Of a stretch of DNA of 64,000 nucleotides, positions 54,336-64,000 are shown piece by piece. Position 1 is the first letter of the stretch. Every line of letters begins with the position of its first letter. The DNA comes from Bacillota bacterium. Its GTDB lineage: Bacteria > Bacillota > Ch66 > Ch109. The translations under genes were made by a program, and so were the position numbers. The stretch spans positions 64,001-128,000 of the forward strand of contig JBMNLH010000007.1 in the NCBI GenBank assembly GCA_050952625.1, read 5' to 3'. Below the pieces are notes generated by a model. The model made no database searches. It had not been told where the DNA came from and worked only from the letters and a program-made list of their open reading frames with translations.

Positions 54336-56516
54336 CTACAGTTTCAATTTAGCCAGTGCGTCCGCCAATGCGGTATTGATCGGCTCCTCCTTTTTAGTTT
54401 GCTGCTTTAAATACCGATCCACTTCTTTTTTGCTGATCTGTCCCTTTTCCGCTTCTCTTCGTTTATTATAGGTGCTTAGTTTTTCTCGAAAGCCGCAGAC
54501 ACAGGCAAAGGTTTTGTTCTCGCCTTCCCCTCGCAGTTCCATCTTTTTATGGCATTCAGGACAGCGGGCGTTGGAATTAATCGAGATCCCTTTGCGATAA
54601 CCGCATTCCCGATCCTGGCAGACCAGCATTTCCCCGCGCTTGCCCTTAACTTTTAAGAGGAATTTCTCGCACTCCGGGCACTTTGTTCTAGTCAGATTAT
54701 CGTGCCGAAAGGTTTGACTGCTGCCCTGAACCGCGGCGACTAATTGCGTGACGTAACCCCGGATGCCGCTGATAAACTTCTCGCTGTTGCTTCGGCCCTG
54801 ACTGATTTCATTCAATTGTTGTTCCCACTTGGCGGTTAGCTCCGGGGATTTAAGCTCCGGCGGTACCAGGTTGACTAACTGGATTCCTTTGGCGGTCGGA
54901 ATAATCTCTTTGCCCTGGCGCTCCATATAGAAGGAATTAAATAGTTTTTCGATAATGTCAGCTCGCGTCGCCGGGGTGCCCAGACCGCTAGTATGATCCA
55001 TCACTTCCCGCAGTTTCTGGTTTTCCAGGAGTTTACCCGGGTGTTCCATGGCTGAAAGCAACGTGGCTTCCGTATACCGGGCCGGTGGTCTGGTTTTACT
55101 GGCCACGGGCTTAACGGACAGGACTTTTAGCCGCTCTCCTTGGCGAATCGCCGGGAGGGTTTGTTCCGGTCCCTCATCGTCTGCCTCCTCCTCCCAACTG
55201 CCGATGCCCTCATAAACACTCCGCCAGCCTTTGTGTTTCACGATTTTTCCCTTGGCGAAAAAAAGTTCTCCTTTAATTGATACTTTGACCGTTGTTTGTT
55301 CGTATTCAAAAGCCGGCAAAAGGACCGCCAAAAACCTTTTCGCAATCAAATCATAAATTTTAAGTTCGTCGGAACTCAGCCGGGCTAAATTCACCGGCTG
55401 CTCCGTCGGGATAATGGCGTGGTGATCGGTCACTTTAGCATTATCCACCAACCGCTTGGTGGGGCTTATTTTACCCTTTAAAAGCAAACGGGCTGCTTCA
55501 GCATAAGGCCCAACCGCAATGTTTTTTAACCGTTCCGACAGGGTCGGCACGATGTCGGCACTAAGATATCGCGAATCAGTCCGGGGATAGGTAACCAATT
55601 TATGGTACTCGTAGAGCTGCTGCATGACTGAGGAGGTCTTTTTGGCAGAAAAGCCGTATTTCCGGTTAGCATCGCGCTGTAGTTCTGTTAAATCATACGC
55701 CAAAGGGGGTAATTCCCTTTTGGCTTCTTTTTTGATCTCAATAATTTCGCCAGTTTGTCCGGTAACTTTGGCCACCAGTTCATCCACCCTATTTTTATCA
55801 AAAATAGGGGTCTGACCGCTGTTTTTATCCTGCCACCTTAAAGAAAAGCCGTTAGTCATTGCTTTTATGGTCCAGTAGTCTTTGGGCACAAACTTTTTAA
55901 TTTCATTTTCCCGCTCCACCACCATGGCCAGCGTCGGAGTTTGGACCCGGCCAGCGGAAAGTTGAGCATTATATTTACAGGTTAAAGCTCTAGTGACGTT
56001 TAACCCGACTAGCCAATCAGCCTCCGCCCGGCATTCGGCCGCCAGATACAGATGCTCGTAATCCCGACCAGGTTTTAGGCGGCTAAATCCTTCCTTAATC
56101 GCCTTCTCGGTTTGCGAAGAAATCCACAAACGTTTAATCGGTTTGCGCCAGCCGGCTTTTTTAATGATCCATCGGGCTACCAACTCGCCCTCCCGCCCGG
56201 CATCTGTGGCGATAATTATCTCATCAATATCGGGCTGCTTCATAAGATTCCGGATTACGCTAAACTGTTTGGCAGTTTCTTTGATGACAACCAGATCCAT
56301 TTTCGGGGGAAGCATGGGCAGATCTTCTATTTTCCAGGTTTTATATTTAGCATCATACGCCTCTGGGTCCGCTAACGTCACCAGGTGCCCCAAGGCCCAA
56401 ACCACCACGTACTTGGCCCCCAGAAAACAACCGTTGCCTTTTTGATGGCAGTTCAGGATTTTGGCAATCTCCCGACCGACCGAAGGTTTTTCGGTTAGGA
56501 CTAGACTTTTTCCCAT
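54336..56516 (-). CDS. topB: DNA topoisomerase III
   Basis: EKPSV, TDAGREGE, SAGRVQTPT, TYPRTDS, HHAIIPT, GTPATRA, C-terminal Zn ribbons. Confidence 0.95.
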   Translation of the reverse strand: MGKSLVLTEKPSVGREIAKILNCHQKGNGCFLGAKYVVVWALGHLVTLADPEAYDAKYKTWKIEDLPMLPPKMDLVVIKETAKQFSVIRNLMKQPDIDEIIIATDAGREGELVARWIIKKAGWRKPIKRLWISSQTEKAIKEGFSRLKPGRDYEHLYLAAECRAEADWLVGLNVTRALTCKYNAQLSAGRVQTPTLAMVVERENEIKKFVPKDYWTIKAMTNGFSLRWQDKNSGQTPIFDKNRVDELVAKVTGQTGEIIEIKKEAKRELPPLAYDLTELQRDANRKYGFSAKKTSSVMQQLYEYHKLVTYPRTDSRYLSADIVPTLSERLKNIAVGPYAEAARLLLKGKISPTKRLVDNAKVTDHHAIIPTEQPVNLARLSSDELKIYDLIAKRFLAVLLPAFEYEQTTVKVSIKGELFFAKGKIVKHKGWRSVYEGIGSWEEEADDEGPEQTLPAIRQGERLKVLSVKPVASKTRPPARYTEATLLSAMEHPGKLLENQKLREVMDHTSGLGTPATRADIIEKLFNSFYMERQGKEIIPTAKGIQLVNLVPPELKSPELTAKWEQQLNEISQGRSNSEKFISGIRGYVTQLVAAVQGSSQTFRHDNLTRTKCPECEKFLLKVKGKRGEMLVCQDRECGYRKGISINSNARCPECHKKMELRGEGENKTFACVCGFREKLSTYNKRREAEKGQISKKEVDRYLKQQTKKEEPINTALADALAKLKL

Positions 56517-56765
56517 TTAGCTAACACTCCGTTTAAAATAATCCTATTTCATTTATAAGTCCTTGGTATTATATCACATAAAGGCTTTTAACACTTGACT
56601 TTGGTAACAGTTGTAACTGCCCACAACAGCCATTGGTTCCACCTGAAAAACCTCTATAAGTTAAACAGCAACAACTTTCATCCGGCTTATAGCCTCAATT
56701 TATTAAATTTATTGTATTAGATAAATAGATTTAAAAGTTTTTGAGAAATTTTTTGCGTATTTTTC

Positions 56766-56794
56766 TTGCATCTTTTTAGATTAGCGGTTATACT
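56766..56794 (+). promoter_or_regulatory. sigmaA promoter of zinc-ribbon gene
   Basis: TTGCAT-17 nt-TATACT. Confidence 0.6.
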
Positions 56795-56905
56795 AAAACA
56801 ACCATTAATGCTTATGGGCTTTTACAATAACCTTCTCTATTGCCGAACGCTGGGGAAGCTTATGAATTCCCTTTGCAATGGCAATAAATTTATGGAGGTT
56901 TTTTT

Positions 56906-57208
56906 ATGTTTAATGACAAGGTATTAAGTTGTAGGGATTGTGGTAACGAGTTTGTTTTTTCTGCTTCCGAACAGGAATTTTACGCAGAAAAAGGCTTTGC
57001 CAATGAGCCAGGCCGGTGTCCGGAGTGCCGGGCTGCCAGAAAAGCACAAGCTAGAGGCAACAACGGATACGGAAGAGCACCCCGAGAAATGTTCCCAGCC
57101 GTTTGTGCTGCTTGCGGCAAAGATACAACCGTTCCCTTCCAACCAAGTGGTGAAAAACCAGTTTACTGCAGAGACTGCTATCAACCCCGGAGCCGAAATA
57201 ACTGGTAA
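56906..57208 (+). CDS. double zinc-ribbon protein (zf-trcl plus CxxC-x17-CxxC)
   Basis: DKVLSCRDCG.EF.F...EQEFY..KGF..P.RC..CR and C..CG....VPF.P....PVYC.DC. Confidence 0.9.
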   Translation: MFNDKVLSCRDCGNEFVFSASEQEFYAEKGFANEPGRCPECRAARKAQARGNNGYGRAPREMFPAVCAACGKDTTVPFQPSGEKPVYCRDCYQPRSRNNW

Positions 57209-57239
57209 GACTTAACTAAAAATTAGTATACTAAGTCAA

Positions 57240-57280
57240 AAAACCTTCCCAAACTCACGAGAGAGCTGGGAAGGTTTTTT
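57240..57280 (+). terminator. intrinsic terminator
   Basis: aaaaccttccca...tgggaaggtttttt. Confidence 0.75.
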
Positions 57281-57494
57281 AAACTTGTTAACACGTATAT
57301 TGTTGTTTGGGTTATTTTCATTGGTGGTTGTGCCTAGCGGGCATGGGCGGTTAACAAGAATATCCAGCCAACAATAAAAGCAAGTAGGTGAACTCTACCG
57401 ATAGACCGTCACGGCAGCCGCTAGAAATGACTAATTAATAACGCTCGTATCCGGGATTAATTGAATATGGCCAAAATCACGGCCTGACCCATGT

Positions 57495-59723
57495 TTATAG
57501 AAACCGACTTTTTTCTCCCGTATAATACAAAGCCAGCCGATGAAGGGCTCGGGTACAGGCAACATAAAGCAGTTTTCGGTCATACTCACTGGAATAATTG
57601 TCGCGGTCAGCCCCATAGACCAGCACTACATCAAACTCCAACCCCTTGGCTAGGTAAACTGGGATAACCACCGCCCCCTTGGGCAGTTCTCCATCACCGG
57701 GGTTAATCAGTGGTTGATTCGTTAATTTCTTCAACCGGGCCCGTACTTTATGAGCCTCCTGCCGAGTTTTGCAGATAACCGCGACGGTTTTATATCCTTG
57801 TTCGAGGCAGGCCTCTAGATCACGGGCAATCGACTGATCGACCCGTTCCTCGTTCTCTTGAAACACAACGATCGGTTCGGCATCATGTCTTTCAAAAGGA
57901 ATGCCGTCCTGCTTTTTCCCCAGTAAATTCTGAGCAAACCGGCTTATTTCATAAGAAGATCGGTAGCTTTTATTCAAATGAAGGGTTATTGCTTTCTTTT
58001 TCCCGAGTGTATCGGCGATTTTTTTATACAGCGATTGATCCGCGTCTTGGACAATGCCTTGCTGGATATCTCCCAGCACCGTATATCGGGCCACTTTAAA
58101 CAAGCGTTTAAAGACCTCATATTGTAAAGGATAATAGTCCTGGGCCTCATCAATAATCACCTGCCGAATCTGCGGAAAAAAATCACCGCCTTCAATTCGC
58201 AGTCTAAGATAGAGCAACGGCGCAATGTCTTCATAGCAGATCCATCCCTGGTCTAACCTTTCCCGGGTGGTGGAGATTATCGGCAAGATTTCTGCCGGCA
58301 GTTCCAGTCCCCGGGCCAGCTTTAGAAAAAGCTGTGGCTCGTTAAAAAGCACCTGGTACACTTGTTCATAATCAACTTCGGTAAACCGGCGAAGCCGTTC
58401 CATAAAGACCTTGGTTTCTTTGATCGACAGCAGCCGGCTGAAGGACTTGATTTCCAGGTCATGGCCCTCAGATTTTTGAACGATCTCCTCAATTTTTTTA
58501 AGCCGCAGCTTGCGGAGGGAATGAACTTTTTCCAAGATCCGCTGCTTGATTTTTTCCAGCCGCCTGGCCATTGGTTGCTCAAACTTTTTATGGAGAAACT
58601 GGTTCTTTAACTGCTGCCGGGTCTCAATAATTTCTCCGTTGTAATACACGTCAGCAAAAGGAATTAGGTGGCGCGCATAATACTCCAGCAACCGATCCAG
58701 TATTACTTGAAAAACCGCGGACCCCTTAAACTCAATGCTCTTTCTCCTCAATTTCCCTTCTGTTGTGCCTTGGGAGGCAATCAGGGACTCCAGCTGGGCA
58801 TTTCGGGTTTCTAGCTTTAACCGGCCGGCCAGTACCTGGCGGGCAAGCTCGTCAAAGGTTATTTGCCCGACGTTTTTCTCCCCCAGTTCCGGCAGCACAC
58901 TGGAGATATACTGGCTAAATATGGTATTTGGCGAGATAATCAAAAAATTCTCCGGCCTAATGTTTGATTTCAGACCGTCGTAGAGCAAGAAAGCAATCCG
59001 GTGCAGGGCAATGGAGGTCTTACCGCTGCCGGCCACCCCTTGAACCATTAATAGTTCGTTAGTCGTATCCCGGATAATGATGTCCTGTTCCTTTTGAATG
59101 GTTTCCACGATATTCCTCATTTTCGCGGAAGAGTTACGGCTTAAGACCTCCTGCAGGATTTCATCATTAATCTGGATGCTGCAGTCAAAAAAATACTCTA
59201 GCTGCGAGTTCTGAATCTTATACTGCCGCTTTAATAAGACTTCCCCGGAAATAAGGCCGATTGGTGCCTCATAGGTCGCCGGCCCCAATTCATGGCGGTA
59301 GAAGATGCTGCAAATAGGAGCTCGCCAATCAAAAACATAAATATCGTTGGTTGCCGGATCCATCACATTACCTAGACCAACGTAAATCTTCTCCCGCTCC
59401 TCGAAACCATCCTCCACAAAATCAAACCGGCCGAAATAAGGAGAACCGATCATTTTTTTTAATTTCTCGATTCGGTTTAATGAGTTGATATAAGTGGCAG
59501 TCTGCCGGTTGACTTCAGCCAGGTATTGATTCAACTCGGTTAATCTGGCAAAATCATTAGAAAAGTGAACTGTGTTTTCCCACATGTCTTTTCTTGAGGC
59601 GATTAGGTTATTTCTACTGCTTTGCAGAGAGCCGGTTCCCTTTTCTATTTCATCCTGGATACATGCCAGGGTTTGCTCAAGATACTTTGTTTCCTCACGA
59701 AAATCTCGTTGATAATCGTCCAA
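57495..59723 (-). CDS. helD: HelD-family RNA polymerase recycling helicase
   Basis: SPYFGRFDF, DWRAP, IVETIQKEQ, QGVAGSGKT.IALHR, IDEAQD, SYRS, KGLEFD, YVACTRA. Confidence 0.9.
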   Translation of the reverse strand: MDDYQRDFREETKYLEQTLACIQDEIEKGTGSLQSSRNNLIASRKDMWENTVHFSNDFARLTELNQYLAEVNRQTATYINSLNRIEKLKKMIGSPYFGRFDFVEDGFEEREKIYVGLGNVMDPATNDIYVFDWRAPICSIFYRHELGPATYEAPIGLISGEVLLKRQYKIQNSQLEYFFDCSIQINDEILQEVLSRNSSAKMRNIVETIQKEQDIIIRDTTNELLMVQGVAGSGKTSIALHRIAFLLYDGLKSNIRPENFLIISPNTIFSQYISSVLPELGEKNVGQITFDELARQVLAGRLKLETRNAQLESLIASQGTTEGKLRRKSIEFKGSAVFQVILDRLLEYYARHLIPFADVYYNGEIIETRQQLKNQFLHKKFEQPMARRLEKIKQRILEKVHSLRKLRLKKIEEIVQKSEGHDLEIKSFSRLLSIKETKVFMERLRRFTEVDYEQVYQVLFNEPQLFLKLARGLELPAEILPIISTTRERLDQGWICYEDIAPLLYLRLRIEGGDFFPQIRQVIIDEAQDYYPLQYEVFKRLFKVARYTVLGDIQQGIVQDADQSLYKKIADTLGKKKAITLHLNKSYRSSYEISRFAQNLLGKKQDGIPFERHDAEPIVVFQENEERVDQSIARDLEACLEQGYKTVAVICKTRQEAHKVRARLKKLTNQPLINPGDGELPKGAVVIPVYLAKGLEFDVVLVYGADRDNYSSEYDRKLLYVACTRALHRLALYYTGEKSRFL

Positions 59724-59761
59724 CTTAACCTATCACCCTCCCAATTATCTTCAATAACCCG

Positions 59762-59866
59762 TTGACATGGCAATCTGCTTTGTGCTAAAATTTTTGGTGA
59801 AAAGATTAGTAAATTGGGTTACTGTGTGCATTTATCAATTATACTAAAAAGGGGTATTCAAGTAAA
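59762..59866. promoter_or_regulatory. convergent promoter pair upstream of helD
   Basis: Plus: TTGACA-18 nt-(TGc)TAAAAT 59762-59791; minus: TTTACT-17 nt-TATAAT 59866-59838. Confidence 0.65.
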
Positions 59867-59922
59867 GCTTGGATACCCCTTTACAAAATTTGTTTAGCTC
59901 TACTGGCAAGCTCGGATAAAGA

Positions 59923-59964
59923 GAAAGGCGTTTTAGCGTGACAAGTTGCACTAAAACGCCTTTC
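59923..59964. terminator. hairpin / probable terminator for the gene at 59995-60546
   Basis: gaaaggcgttttagcg...cactaaaacgcctttc. Confidence 0.6.
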
Positions 59965-59994
59965 CAGAGTTTTGTATATTTGGATTAATTACTA

Positions 59995-60546
59995 TTAATG
60001 TCCGGTTACATATATTTTCCATTCTCCGTTATGATGAAGGTACTTTAATTGATCTTCAGTATTATTCCTGAGTTCTATATCTACTTCTGCCACCCAAATC
60101 GTTCCTTTTTCCGATATTTTATCTTCTATTTGTTTCTGTGCCTTTAAAATTTCTTTGAAGTCCTCTTCCCTAAATACTTCATGATTAATACGCTCCGGAT
60201 GGTTCTGTGCTTCTATAACCTCGGCGGGAACTTCTTCAATGGGAATTTCTTTAAAAGGCATACTTTCATCTTCGAAAATTGGTCTTTCCCTCAATTGGTC
60301 GACCGGTATCTCTTTGACAGAAATAACCTTAGCAGAAATAATGGATGGCCCGACGTTATCACGAAGTAATTCATAAAGTTTCCTCTGGTCTTCTATAGAT
60401 CCTCGGACATCCAAACAATATTTCATCATGCTATCAATATCTCCGCGCTGGTCAGCTTCAACGAAATTATTGATAACAGACTCTGCCTCTGCTAAGGTTA
60501 AAATTGGATCAAGTCCGTATAATGGTGTAGAAATAAAATGAGCCAT
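59995..60546 (-). CDS. hypothetical protein (possibly NTF2-like fold)
   Basis: Open frame with GAGG RBS, acidic, ends NGEWKI. Confidence 0.55.
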   Translation of the reverse strand: MAHFISTPLYGLDPILTLAEAESVINNFVEADQRGDIDSMMKYCLDVRGSIEDQRKLYELLRDNVGPSIISAKVISVKEIPVDQLRERPIFEDESMPFKEIPIEEVPAEVIEAQNHPERINHEVFREEDFKEILKAQKQIEDKISEKGTIWVAEVDIELRNNTEDQLKYLHHNGEWKIYVTGH

Positions 60547-60574
60547 AAATTCATTTCCTCGGTTAAGATATAAG

Positions 60575-60675
60575 TGCCTATCAAATACCAAACCGAGGGA
60601 GGAATGAATCCATGACTCAGTTTAATATTACCCTAACCGAAGAACATTTACACGGACTTTTTGTTTCAAATGGAG
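60575..60675 (+). mobile_element. IS256-family 5' remnant
   Basis: GGAGG RBS then MTQFNITLTEEHLHGLFVSNG, resembling Firmicute IS256 transposase N-termini. Confidence 0.55.
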
Positions 60676-60901
60676 GCTTGGAATATGAAGAGAAAAATAA
60701 ATATAACTTGATTGGACACCAATTGTTGTACTTCTTCCTCCAGGCAAATCTGCTTATGGTGGCTGGAATGCATATGATTTTTGGCTGACAATTAGTCTAC
60801 CACGCACAGGGGATTACACGACTTTAGTAAGTTGCAGTGATATATATTGGCCATTGTCTTCAACTAGACAACTATATTTTTAATTGTGAGGTGTTAAAGT
60901 T

Positions 60902-61600
60902 ATGAAAAGCAAAAAAATAATCATGCTTACCAGTGCTTTCTTGTTTTTCATTGGACTAACAATATTTGTTCAATCCTCATATGCTAATACTCTAAGCCAA
61001 AAAATAGAACAAATAAAGAGAAATGAAATTCATCAAAGATTGGGGGAGGCGTTAAAAGATAACGTCACCGTTAGTAATTCAGAAAATATAGTAGCTATAG
61101 TAAATGGAGAAAATATTTCAGTAAATGAATGGAACTATTATAAAATTTGGGACACTGAGAAAGTAAAAAATTTTGGAGAAGTAGTTCCTTCCGACCAACA
61201 AATTTTAGATAGCCTTGTTAAAAATAAAGTGATTGTGAGTGCTGCTAAACAACAAGGTTTGTATCCTAATGAAGAAGAAATTAATTCATATATAAGCGAG
61301 CAACGTCAAATTATGGCTAAGGAACGACCTCAGGATGTTTATAACCTTATTAAGGGATGGGGCATTAGTGAAGAAGAATATTTTTCTATAATGAAAGATA
61401 TTTGGGGTGACTCAATTGCGAGGTTAAATTGGTATGATGCACTGCGTAAGAACTCGCCTCAAAAAGGGAATGAAACTACGGAGGATTATATGATAAGATT
61501 GAAAAAGATTTACAATGATGAAGTAGCTAGCTTAGTGGAGAAGCCAAATATAGAAATTACAAATCAAGGGATGCTATTGGGACTTAGTTACAGTAAATAA
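60902..61600 (+). CDS. secreted protein with SurA N-terminal-like domain
   Basis: Signal peptide, IVAIVNGENIS, ILDSLV...AKQQGL. Confidence 0.65.
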   Translation: MKSKKIIMLTSAFLFFIGLTIFVQSSYANTLSQKIEQIKRNEIHQRLGEALKDNVTVSNSENIVAIVNGENISVNEWNYYKIWDTEKVKNFGEVVPSDQQILDSLVKNKVIVSAAKQQGLYPNEEEINSYISEQRQIMAKERPQDVYNLIKGWGISEEEYFSIMKDIWGDSIARLNWYDALRKNSPQKGNETTEDYMIRLKKIYNDEVASLVEKPNIEITNQGMLLGLSYSK

Positions 61601-61914
61601 AAATAGAGCAGAGGGCGGGTGTATTTGTCAACCGAAATGTTGACCACCTTGGCGAAAAAAATATATGATAGTTTACCTGTAACTAATAAAAAAACATTGA
61701 ATTTTGGAGGGTTTATGAATTAGCATAATTTTCAATCTATATTGGCAGATAATCAGCATATATGAGTAATATTTTGAGATAGTCCCATTAGTGTACTTAA
61801 ATAGGACCATTATGTGCATCAAATAAATCCACTTTGGTCATGATGAGATCCACTTTCTGTATAATGATGAAATACACTACAAATGGTGTAAATCTTTATC
61901 AGGGGGTCGATCAA

Positions 61915-62940
61915 ATGATCAAGTATCGAGAAATTCTTCGGCTTCACAGCCAAGGTGTAAGCCAGCGCGGTATTGCCGCCGGTTGCCAGTGCTCACGAAC
62001 CTCTATCCGCAATGTGCTTGAGCGAGCAGAAAGACAGGGTGTTTCTTGGCCTTTCAAAAAAGACCTGACAGATGCAAACCTTCAGGAATTGCTTTTTCCC
62101 GAAAAGAGCAGTCAGTCCAATCGAAAGCCGCCGGATTGCGAATACATCCACCGAAAAATGGCCAAAAGTGGTGTTACCCTAAGTCTGTTATGGCATGAGT
62201 ACTGTGAGCAGTGCCGGTTAAGCGGTGAGATTCTACTTATGTACAGCCAGTTTTGCCGGTATTACCGCAAGTATGCCAACACCACCAAAGCCACCATGCG
62301 CATCAAACGTAAACCAGGTGAAATGCTTGAGGTGGACTGGGCTGGAAAGACTGCATTCATCACCGATAATCTAACAGGCGAACCCATCCCAGCATACATC
62401 TTTGTATCCGCTTTGTCCTGCAGTCAGTATGCTTATGTTGAAGCTTTTTTGTCCATGAACATGGAAAGCTGGATCAATGCTCATATCAATGCTTTCAACT
62501 ACTTTGGCGGTGCTACCAGAATTTTGGTGCCGGACAACCTAAAGACCGGTGTAGACAAAGCCTCTCGTCAGGATCCTCAGATCAATAAAACCTACCACGA
62601 GATGGCGGAGCATTACGGTACAGCGGTGATTCCAGCCCGGGTGAGACACCCCAAGGACAAACCCACTGCAGAAGGCACCGTGGGAATCATCTCCACCTGG
62701 CTTATTGCCTCCCTGCGGCACCAACAGTTCTTTTCCCTTCGAGAACTTAACAGTGCCATTCGGCTGAAGCTGGAAGAATTCAATCAGAAACCTTTTCAAA
62801 AGAAACCGGGAAGCAGGAAAAGTGCCTTTCTTGAAGAGGAAAAAGCCTTGCTACTGCCATTACCGGCCTCCCCATACGAACTTGCCACTTGGTCAACGGC
62901 ATCCGTACAGTATGATTATTGCATAATTGCAGATAAAAAT
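61915..62940 (+). mobile_element. istA: IS21-family IstA transposase, 3'-truncated; istB absent
   Basis: N-terminal HTH, PGEMLEVDWAG, VPDNLKTGV, P.DKP.AE; similarity ends near 62940. Confidence 0.88.
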
Positions 62941-62964
62941 CTTGAGTATCACACCGACCGGAAG

Positions 62965-63160
62965 TTAGATAAGATACCGATGATAGTTGATCCCCTTTGC
63001 TTCGCACCAAGCCTTTGCGGTCATTCCACTGGCCCGGCATTCAACCACTAGTGCCTGCTGTTCATTTTTGTCCATCTAAAACCTCCATACCTTAGTTTTA
63101 TGGAGATATTTTCTCATGGACAGGGCGTGTTGACCATGCACCCGAATACTGAGCACTTAC
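62965..63160 (-). mobile_element. IS66-family left-end remnant with truncated tnpA
   Basis: Begins GTAAGTGCTC at 63160; GGAGG then MDKNEQQALVVECRASGMTAKAWCEAKGINY...-stop (63075-62965). Confidence 0.7.
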
Positions 63161-63298
63161 CCTTGTTCTTTATGCCATACTCGCTTCTTTTTTTGCTAGC
63201 TGAAAGGGCAAAGACTCTCTGCCTCTGCCCTTAATCCTGTTTCTTATTCAGTCTTAACTATTTACATAAAATCTAAAAGTCTCGCAACTGATAATTAT

Positions 63299-64000
63299 TT
63301 ATTGTATCTTTCCGTCAGATCCCCCTACCTGGAATTCACCTATTACAGTTTCCCCATCAACATCATAAAGCGGAATAGTAAATCCCGCTAGAGATTTTTT
63401 TGTCATTTCTAAACATTCTTTTTCAGATGTAGGATCCTCCCCATCTAAATCTTTGGAATAAACATATCCTACTGTTACTCCATCAACACCCATAGCTAGA
63501 ATTAAATCCGGTTCATCATCTGGAGAGATAGCATCAAGCCCGCTTCCATAGGTTTGACCGTTCTTATTCACTTTGTAAGGTTGTTTCTGGGATTCTTCCT
63601 GAACGTTACCTGACTTGGCTGATGGCGCATATGGCCACCAATCAGTTGTATAACAATTATAGTCATTCCAAAAGTTATTTGAAGCAGTGTAAACTCCAAA
63701 TTGTCCTTGACTTCTCCAAGAACCATATGGGTTAGGAACTAAGGTTGTCCTGGCCATAACTTGAGTTGTTTCAGTATTAGTTACCCATCCAGATTCACGG
63801 TATAAAGCATCAATTCCATCGTACAATCTAGCTTTTGCCCGCAGGGTACTTACCGGAGTAGTTTGCCCACCAGACACACCTGCCCAAGTCTGCGCGCTTA
63901 CCTCAGTTTGATAATAACCAGTAAGTTTAGATACTCCTGCATAAGTCTTATTATTATGATATACATATTTTGCAGAACTCTCTATAGTCTCTGCTAGTGC
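63299..64000 (-). CDS. hypothetical, probably secreted protein; 5' end outside window
   Basis: Frame open to the window edge; C-terminal NGQTYGS...PDLI...GYV...IPLYD.DG.TVIGEF module. Confidence 0.7.
   Translation of the reverse strand, partial: ALAETIESSAKYVYHNNKTYAGVSKLTGYYQTEVSAQTWAGVSGGQTTPVSTLRAKARLYDGIDALYRESGWVTNTETTQVMARTTLVPNPYGSWRSQGQFGVYTASNNFWNDYNCYTTDWWPYAPSAKSGNVQEESQKQPYKVNKNGQTYGSGLDAISPDDEPDLILAMGVDGVTVGYVYSKDLDGEDPTSEKECLEMTKKSLAGFTIPLYDVDGETVIGEFQVGGSDGKIQ

Noticed and set aside
62941-63051. C-terminus of IstA as given in the ORF track
   Set aside because: Read-through into the inverted IS66 remnant, not transposase sequence

Overview
Chromosomal segment of an endospore-forming, anaerobic Firmicute (Clostridia, Peptococcaceae-like by gene content), mostly on the minus strand. 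It follows the familiar spoIIE-tilS-ftsH-...-fol-pan-nad-coaX-dusB-greA-lysS-rrn order and ends in an rRNA operon (16S, tRNA-Ile, tRNA-Ala, partial 23S). Accessory blocks are inserted at about 14.4-29 kb (aroF-pheA-lysE, TetR/thioesterase/flavoprotein/MCP genes) and 50.7-64 kb (SDR, AbrB-Doc TA pair, topB, helD, IS21/IS66/IS256 remnants). Most notable: (1) hairpin insertions with heptamer-repeat arms in the 23S, the 16S and the ITS, plus a lone arm after spoIIE; the 23S copy carries a decayed four-helix-bundle gene; (2) an unrecognised ~280-nt structured RNA candidate between nadA and nadB that could sequester the nadB RBS; (3) an orphan CRISPR-like repeat-spacer-repeat inside the aroF leader, below a partially doubled Phe T-box; (4) convergent promoters ahead of helD; (5) at least four families of dispersed miniature palindromic elements, one nested in another. 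All calls come from reading the sequence by eye. No database searches or folding computations were run.
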